Below are positions 57,273 to 61,789 of a stretch of 61,789 bases of DNA, piece by piece (position 1 is the first letter of the stretch; each line of letters starts with the position of its first letter). Made by a program: the position numbers and the translations under genes. Below the pieces are notes generated by a model. It was not told where the DNA came from and made no database searches. It worked only from the letters and a program-made list of their open reading frames with translations. Origin of the DNA: Acidimicrobiia bacterium. GTDB taxonomy: Bacteria > Actinomycetota > Acidimicrobiia > Spongiisociales > JALYHC01. The stretch covers positions 1 through 61,789 of the forward strand of contig JBOGFC010000081.1 in the NCBI GenBank assembly GCA_050742155.1, given 5' to 3'.

Positions 57273-60257
57273 CTAGGTACTTACCTCCACCAGGGTCAGA
57301 TCGAACGGCCCACCGGCGTCGTTGTGGGACACGGCGCCGAGGTACTGTTCGCCTGGGACCAGACCCGACCAGCCGATTTCGATGGTGGCCGTCTCCCCTA
57401 GCACCGCATCCGCAGGCTCGCTGTTGATGGTCAGCGAGCCAACATCGGCTGCCAGGGGAACATCCCAGGTGTTGACCGAATAGTCCACAGTGATCCCGAT
57501 GGTCTGCCATCCGTGCACAAAGAGGGTGTACGTCCCGTCCTCGGGGAGGGGCAGCTCGATGAGTTCGTTGGTGCTGCCTGCGGTAGATGAGGCCACCTCA
57601 ACACCATCCTTGTACAGGTACAGGTCAAGGTCGATCGCCGGATCCGGTGGTGTCAGGTCGTCGGTGTGAAGCGAGATCCTGAAGAACGCCGCGTCGCTCA
57701 GCGTGATCTCATGAGCCGTCGTTCCGGTCGGATCATCCGGGTCGAAGATCTGGTCGGGGTCCTGATCGACCGACCCGACGATCGGCACGTTGGGCACCAA
57801 TCCGTGGGCGGCGGCGTCGTACTCACCGTCGTATCCGAACGTGACGTCGAAGCTGGCCGTTCCCTCGACGCCGGTTCCGGTGACCACGTCAGGCGCATCC
57901 AGCTGTGATGCCGCCACGGCTATCGGGCTTCGGGCGGAGTACCCGCCACCCTCCCAGGTGAGTGACCCGAATCTCCACTCACCAATGGGTGCAGAGAGGT
58001 TGTCGATGGTGACCTCGAAGGTCCGAGATTGCCCGGCTGGAACTGTCAGTCTCGACGGAGAGACCGTTACCCGATACCCCGACGGCTCGTCGACGACCGC
58101 GTTGAGGCGCCGTGCGGAGGCCGAGACGTTGGTAACCGTCCGTTGAACGGTGAGCGTTCCGGGCACCCCAGACGCTCCGATCGACGGATAATTGAGGTTC
58201 TCGGTCGTGGTGGGGATGCCTTGGGACTCCAAGAAGCCGCAAGTGGCGGTTGGATCGGCGAACACGTGTGGCGCCGCATCACAGAGGAACCCGAGATACT
58301 CGAGGAACCCGGCGTCGTAGACGATGCCCGGGTTGAAGATCGAGTTTGCTGCACCGGCAGGCCCACTCGGATCCACGTGACCGGCACCGATGTCGAACGG
58401 ATCTGCCTGCGTGGTCCCGTCCTCCTTGAGCACGTCCTGTCGGGCCGTGGTCATCAATGCCGACTTGGCGGCGGCCGCCGACCACGTGGGATGCGCTTGT
58501 TTGAGCAGAGCGAACAGACCGGCCACATGCGGACTCGACATCGAAGTGCCCTGGATGGCCTGGAACAGCTGACCCGGCGCCCCCAGCGTCGGAGTCGGCG
58601 AGTTGCCCGCAAGGATCTGGACGCCAGGAGCAGTCACGTCGGGCTTGATGATGTCGGGAGAGGCGGGCAGGCCCGTGGGGCCTCGTGAGGAGAAGTCGGC
58701 CATCACTGACCCCTGTTGGAGGACCTTCTCGCCCTGATTGATCAGAGCCATGGCTTGATTGGGTCCTCCGCGCGGTCTCGAGGCGATGTAGTCCTTGATC
58801 TTGACCCCGTCGCTGAAGCTGACGTGCACCGACGGCACGAAATGGTTGTCGGTGGCCAGCGTCTGTAGGTCGTTTTCGTTATAGAGGACCATGCCCACAC
58901 CGCCCTGTTCGGACACGGCCTGGCTCTTGGCCACTCGGGCGAATACGCCCCGCTTGCAAAGGACGATCTTCCCCGTGGGCGCCGGCCTGAACGTGACGTC
59001 GGGATCACACAGCTCGTTGTTCAGGTCGGCTGAATCGACCAGCGGAGCCGTATCCGCTCCGGGTGTCACCGAGGCGCCGAAGAACTCGGAGCCGTCACCC
59101 AAGACCACGGACCCCTCGAACTTCCGGTCGTGCAGATTGGCGCCGACCGAGGTGAGCCAGGGCACCGACGCCGGGCTGCCGATTGTGCCCGCCCCAGGCC
59201 CGCTGTTGCCGTTGGAGGCGGCCACGAACACTCCCGCATCGGCCGCGAAAAGGAAGGCGATGTCATCAGGACCGTCGAGTCCGGGCGTCGGACTTCCGAT
59301 CGAGTAATTGATCACATCGACGCCGTCGGCAACCGCCTGGTCGATGGCATCTGCCAGGTCCCCTCCGAAGCAGCCCAATTCTCCGCACGCCTTGTAGGCA
59401 GCAACGTGGGCGCGGTGGGCGATACCCGAGATCAGCCCGCGGTCGATGCCGAAGATCTCGGCCGCAACGTTGGTATTGCCGGCTGCGGTGCTGGTGGTGT
59501 GGGTGCCGTGTCCGTCGGCGTCACGGGCAGAGTTGTAGAGCTCGGGACCGATGAACTCGTTGTAGAGAGCCCTCATGTCTCGCGCACCAATCAGCTTGTT
59601 GTTGCAGGTGAACGGAGCGTCATCGGGATTGTGTGCGGTGTCGCCGAACTCGCAAGGGATCGACAGCCCCGGATCCGAATAGGTGGAATCGTCGGCGAAA
59701 GACGGGTGCTCGGGCCAGATCCCGGTGTCCACGACACCGACCACCACGCCTTCTCCGGTGAGTCCGGAGTCCCAGGCCCCCCCTGGATCGGTCAGGCCGA
59801 GGAAGTCGGGGGATCTATCGGTATGGAGCTCGTGAAGCTCGTCTCGTTTCACCGAGATGACGCTCTTCTGCCCCGCCAGAGCCTCCGCCTCGGCGGGGGT
59901 AAGCGCGGCCGCAAACCCGTTGAGGGCAAAGTTGTAGGTCACCAACACGTCTGAGCTGTCGACCGAGGCGGCGTCTTGGGCTGCCTTCCTGCCCTTCTCG
60001 AGATGGTCTACGTATTGCCTCACCGCCGCCGAGTTGGGGTCCACCTTCTCGCCAGGTTCGGGCCTCGTGGCAGGCAGCCCTGGGATGTCGCCGTCGTAGG
60101 CGACGACGGGGTCTCCCTCCATGATCACTACATAAGGCGCCCGATCGGCGCTCACCTGATTGGCGGTGGAACCCCGGTTGAGGCCCGCCCCAGCCGGGAC
60201 CGCATATGCCAGGGCCGTCGCCAGCGCCACGACGCTGACGAGAAGTCTCCTTCCCAT
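57273..60257 (-). CDS. Large secreted S8 subtilisin-like protease (I9 propeptide, PA domain, C-terminal beta-sandwich/PPC-like domains)
   Basis: VGVVDTGIWPEHPSF (Asp), HGTHTTSTAAG (His) and GTSMSSPHVAGLFALL (Ser). The start is taken at ATG 60257 (MGRRLLVSV), preceded by GGAGGAAGG. The longest ORF extends to 60311. Confidence 0.9.
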   Translation of the reverse strand: MGRRLLVSVVALATALAYAVPAGAGLNRGSTANQVSADRAPYVVIMEGDPVVAYDGDIPGLPATRPEPGEKVDPNSAAVRQYVDHLEKGRKAAQDAASVDSSDVLVTYNFALNGFAAALTPAEAEALAGQKSVISVKRDELHELHTDRSPDFLGLTDPGGAWDSGLTGEGVVVGVVDTGIWPEHPSFADDSTYSDPGLSIPCEFGDTAHNPDDAPFTCNNKLIGARDMRALYNEFIGPELYNSARDADGHGTHTTSTAAGNTNVAAEIFGIDRGLISGIAHRAHVAAYKACGELGCFGGDLADAIDQAVADGVDVINYSIGSPTPGLDGPDDIAFLFAADAGVFVAASNGNSGPGAGTIGSPASVPWLTSVGANLHDRKFEGSVVLGDGSEFFGASVTPGADTAPLVDSADLNNELCDPDVTFRPAPTGKIVLCKRGVFARVAKSQAVSEQGGVGMVLYNENDLQTLATDNHFVPSVHVSFSDGVKIKDYIASRPRGGPNQAMALINQGEKVLQQGSVMADFSSRGPTGLPASPDIIKPDVTAPGVQILAGNSPTPTLGAPGQLFQAIQGTSMSSPHVAGLFALLKQAHPTWSAAAAKSALMTTARQDVLKEDGTTQADPFDIGAGHVDPSGPAGAANSIFNPGIVYDAGFLEYLGFLCDAAPHVFADPTATCGFLESQGIPTTTENLNYPSIGASGVPGTLTVQRTVTNVSASARRLNAVVDEPSGYRVTVSPSRLTVPAGQSRTFEVTIDNLSAPIGEWRFGSLTWEGGGYSARSPIAVAASQLDAPDVVTGTGVEGTASFDVTFGYDGEYDAAAHGLVPNVPIVGSVDQDPDQIFDPDDPTGTTAHEITLSDAAFFRISLHTDDLTPPDPAIDLDLYLYKDGVEVASSTAGSTNELIELPLPEDGTYTLFVHGWQTIGITVDYSVNTWDVPLAADVGSLTINSEPADAVLGETATIEIGWSGLVPGEQYLGAVSHNDAGGPFDLTLVEVST

Positions 60258-60430
60258 TCCCTTCCTCCCTGTTCGGTCGGTCATATGAGACAGGGTGGCG
60301 GTCCACCACACAGCGCAGGACCCTAGTGCTCTCAGTGCAGGCGAGTCTTCTCAGTGCAGGGCGAATTTTCGCGCTCTCTGTGGGAGGCGCCGTCGTTTCA
60401 AACGCCGCACCTCGGCTACCCTGGCGGACT

Positions 60431-61285
60431 ATGGGCAACAATCTCAAGACCGCCGCTCTGCTCGGATTCCTGGGTGGCCTCTTTGTCCTGGTCGGCTACC
60501 TCCTGGGAGGCAACCGCGGCATGCTCACCGGCCTGGTCCTGGCCGGGGTGATGAACTTCGGCGCCTACTTCTTCTCCGACAAGTTGGCGCTGGTCGCCAC
60601 CCGAGCCAAGCCGCTCGACGAGGCTCAGGCTCCTGAGGTGTACTCGATCGTGGGCTCACTGGCCCAGCGAAAGGGCGTGCCGATGCCGAAGCTGTATCTG
60701 ATCGACGCCCCACAGCCCAACGCCTTCGCCACCGGGCGCAACCCGGAGCACGCGGCGGTGGCGGTGACGACCGGCATCCTCGAGCTGATGGACCGCAACG
60801 AGCTGGAAGGCGTGCTGGCTCACGAGCTGGCCCACGTCGGCAACCGGGACATTCTCATCTCCACCATCGCCGCCACCCTGGCCACCGCCCTGGTGTTCCT
60901 CACCCGGATCGCCTTTTGGACCGGCGGGGGCGATCGCGACCGGGGCCCGGCCGGCGCCATCATCGGGCTGCTCGGCCTGATCCTGGCACCGATCGGGGCC
61001 ATGCTGATCCAGACGGCCATCTCGCGGTCCCGTGAGCTCCAGGCCGATGCCAGTGGGGCGGAGACCACCGGGTCGCCCCTCAACCTGGCCCGGGCGCTGC
61101 AGAAGCTGGAGGCCTATACGTCGCGGATTCCCCTGAACGTCAGCCCGGCGGTGAGCCACCTCTTCATCGCCGACCCGCTCAAGTCGTTTCGCGGCCAGGG
61201 CCTGGTCAAGCTCTTCTCCACGCACCCGCCCATCGCCGAACGGGTCGAGCGCCTCCAGGAGATGGCCTCGGGAATACGGCAATGA
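60431..61285 (+). CDS. htpX: M48-family membrane protease HtpX
   Basis: HELAHVGNRD zinc motif, 4 TM, and a C-terminal STHPPIAERV. The start is taken at ATG 60431. Confidence 0.9.
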   Translation: MGNNLKTAALLGFLGGLFVLVGYLLGGNRGMLTGLVLAGVMNFGAYFFSDKLALVATRAKPLDEAQAPEVYSIVGSLAQRKGVPMPKLYLIDAPQPNAFATGRNPEHAAVAVTTGILELMDRNELEGVLAHELAHVGNRDILISTIAATLATALVFLTRIAFWTGGGDRDRGPAGAIIGLLGLILAPIGAMLIQTAISRSRELQADASGAETTGSPLNLARALQKLEAYTSRIPLNVSPAVSHLFIADPLKSFRGQGLVKLFSTHPPIAERVERLQEMASGIRQ

Positions 61286-61332
61286 GCGGAAGGCAGTCCT
61301 CGCCCTAGGCGTTGTAACCTTCGACCTGATGC

Positions 61333-61414
61333 GGGGGGATACCCAAGCGGCCAAAGGGAGGAGACTGTAAATCTCCCGGCTCAGCCTACGGAGGTTCGAA
61401 TCCTCCTCCCCCCA
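61333..61414 (+). tRNA. tRNA-Tyr (anticodon GTA)
   Basis: Manual fold. Acceptor GGGGGGA/TCCCCCC, anticodon loop CTGTAAA, a long variable arm, and T-arm GGAGG-TTCGAAT-CCTCC. CCA is not encoded. Confidence 0.85.
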
Positions 61415-61423
61415 CCCTCCCCC

Positions 61424-61472
61424 GTTCTTGTGACGCTTTCCCACCTATACGGTGGCCAACCGTCACAAGAAC
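61424..61472. repeat. Repeat family A, copy 4
   Basis: Perfect arms at 61424-61435 and 61461-61472, with inner hairpin CCACC-TATAC-GGTGG. It lies between tRNA-Tyr and tRNA-Thr. Confidence 0.85.
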
Positions 61473-61492
61473 GGAACTATCCTGGCCACGAC

Positions 61493-61565
61493 GCCCCCTT
61501 AGCTCAGCTGGTAGAGCACGGCCATGGTAAGGCCGGGGTCTCCGGTTCAAATCCGGAAGGGGGCT
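61493..61565 (+). tRNA. tRNA-Thr (anticodon GGT)
   Basis: Acceptor GCCCCCT/AGGGGGC, D-arm GCTCAGCTGGTAGAGC, anticodon stem CGGCC/GGCCG with loop ATGGTAA, and T-arm TCCGG-TTCAAAT-CCGGA. Confidence 0.88.
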
Positions 61566-61572
61566 CGGGTGT

Positions 61573-61648
61573 GGCGGCGTAGCTCAGTGGTTAGAGCACC
61601 CGGCTCATAATCGGGATGTCGGTGGTTCGAATCCACCCGCCGCTACCA
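61573..61648 (+). tRNA. tRNA with CAT anticodon (elongator tRNA-Met most likely; tRNA-Ile2 not excluded)
   Basis: Acceptor GGCGGCG/CGCCGCT, anticodon loop CTCATAA, T-arm GGTGG-TTCGAAT-CCACC, and an encoded CCA. It lacks the initiator features (1:72 mismatch C-A, three G-C pairs at 29-31). Confidence 0.85.
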
Positions 61649-61666
61649 GACAGAAAGGAACCAGCA

Positions 61667-61789
61667 CATGGGCAAGAAGAAGTTCGAGCGGACCAAGCCC
61701 CACCTCAACGTGGGCACCATCGGCCACATCGACCACGGCAAGACCACCCTGACGGCCGCCATCACCAAGGTGCTCAACGAGCGCAACCC
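61667..61789 (+). CDS. tuf: Elongation factor Tu, 5' fragment (runs off the window)
   Basis: [36 protein letters not shown] with the G1 motif GHIDHGKT. Confidence 0.95.

Noticed and set aside
61573-61648. The CAT-anticodon tRNA, considered as the initiator tRNA-fMet.
   Set aside because: Positions 1:72 form a G-T pair rather than the C-A mismatch. The anticodon stem lacks the three consecutive G29-G31:C39-C41 pairs. Its position in a Tyr-Thr-Met cluster fits elongator Met. A lysidine-modified tRNA-Ile2 cannot be excluded by eye.

Overview
This is a 61.8-kb, high-GC (about 68-70% by eye), gene-dense chromosomal window. It has Gram-positive or actinobacterial hallmarks: an LPXTG-type sorting signal, a tRNA-Tyr/Thr/Met cluster followed by tuf, a DtxR/IdeR regulator and a MenJ-like geranylgeranyl reductase. 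No transposase, integrase, CRISPR array or rRNA was seen. Respiration dominates the content.

1. **121-7454:** A split cytochrome b6 / subunit IV / Rieske operon, which also carries a 2x[4Fe-4S] ferredoxin and a 4-TM protein. It lies divergent to a cbb3-like CcoN/CcoO/cytochrome c operon. The CcoN homolog appears to have lost every canonical heme/CuB histidine ligand. Three different subunits share the same ~40-aa N-terminal module.
2. **7586-14223:** An ECF sigma factor, membrane protein, DUF4331, TPR protein, NicO/RcnA-like transporter fusion and an LPXTG-anchored M23 peptidase. This is a putative metal-handling operon of unknown function.
3. **14329-17105:** Geranylgeranyl reductase, a SnoaL-like protein, pncA and hpt.
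4. **17218-32355:** A complete 14-gene nuoA-N operon. A secreted beta-helical-repeat membrane protein is translationally coupled to its end.
5. **33533-37929:** A Fe(III)-type ABC importer divergent from ideR.
6. **37964-39104:** A ydaO-type c-di-AMP riboswitch candidate in front of a 2-phosphoglycerate-kinase-family gene.
7. **39156-41920:** An ACT-domain protein, an alkaline-phosphatase-superfamily protein and an MFS transporter.
8. **41955-52239:** A second, 11-gene nuo operon without nuoEFG.
9. **52296-61789:** A lytic transglycosylase, a MidA/NDUFAF7-family methyltransferase plus a decayed paralog fragment, two large S8 subtilases flanking a small lipoprotein, htpX, three tRNAs and the 5' end of tuf.

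Three families of short structured repeats are scattered through the window. They sit preferentially at the few non-overlapping cistron junctions of the two nuo operons. All product calls come from motif recognition by eye; no database search was run.
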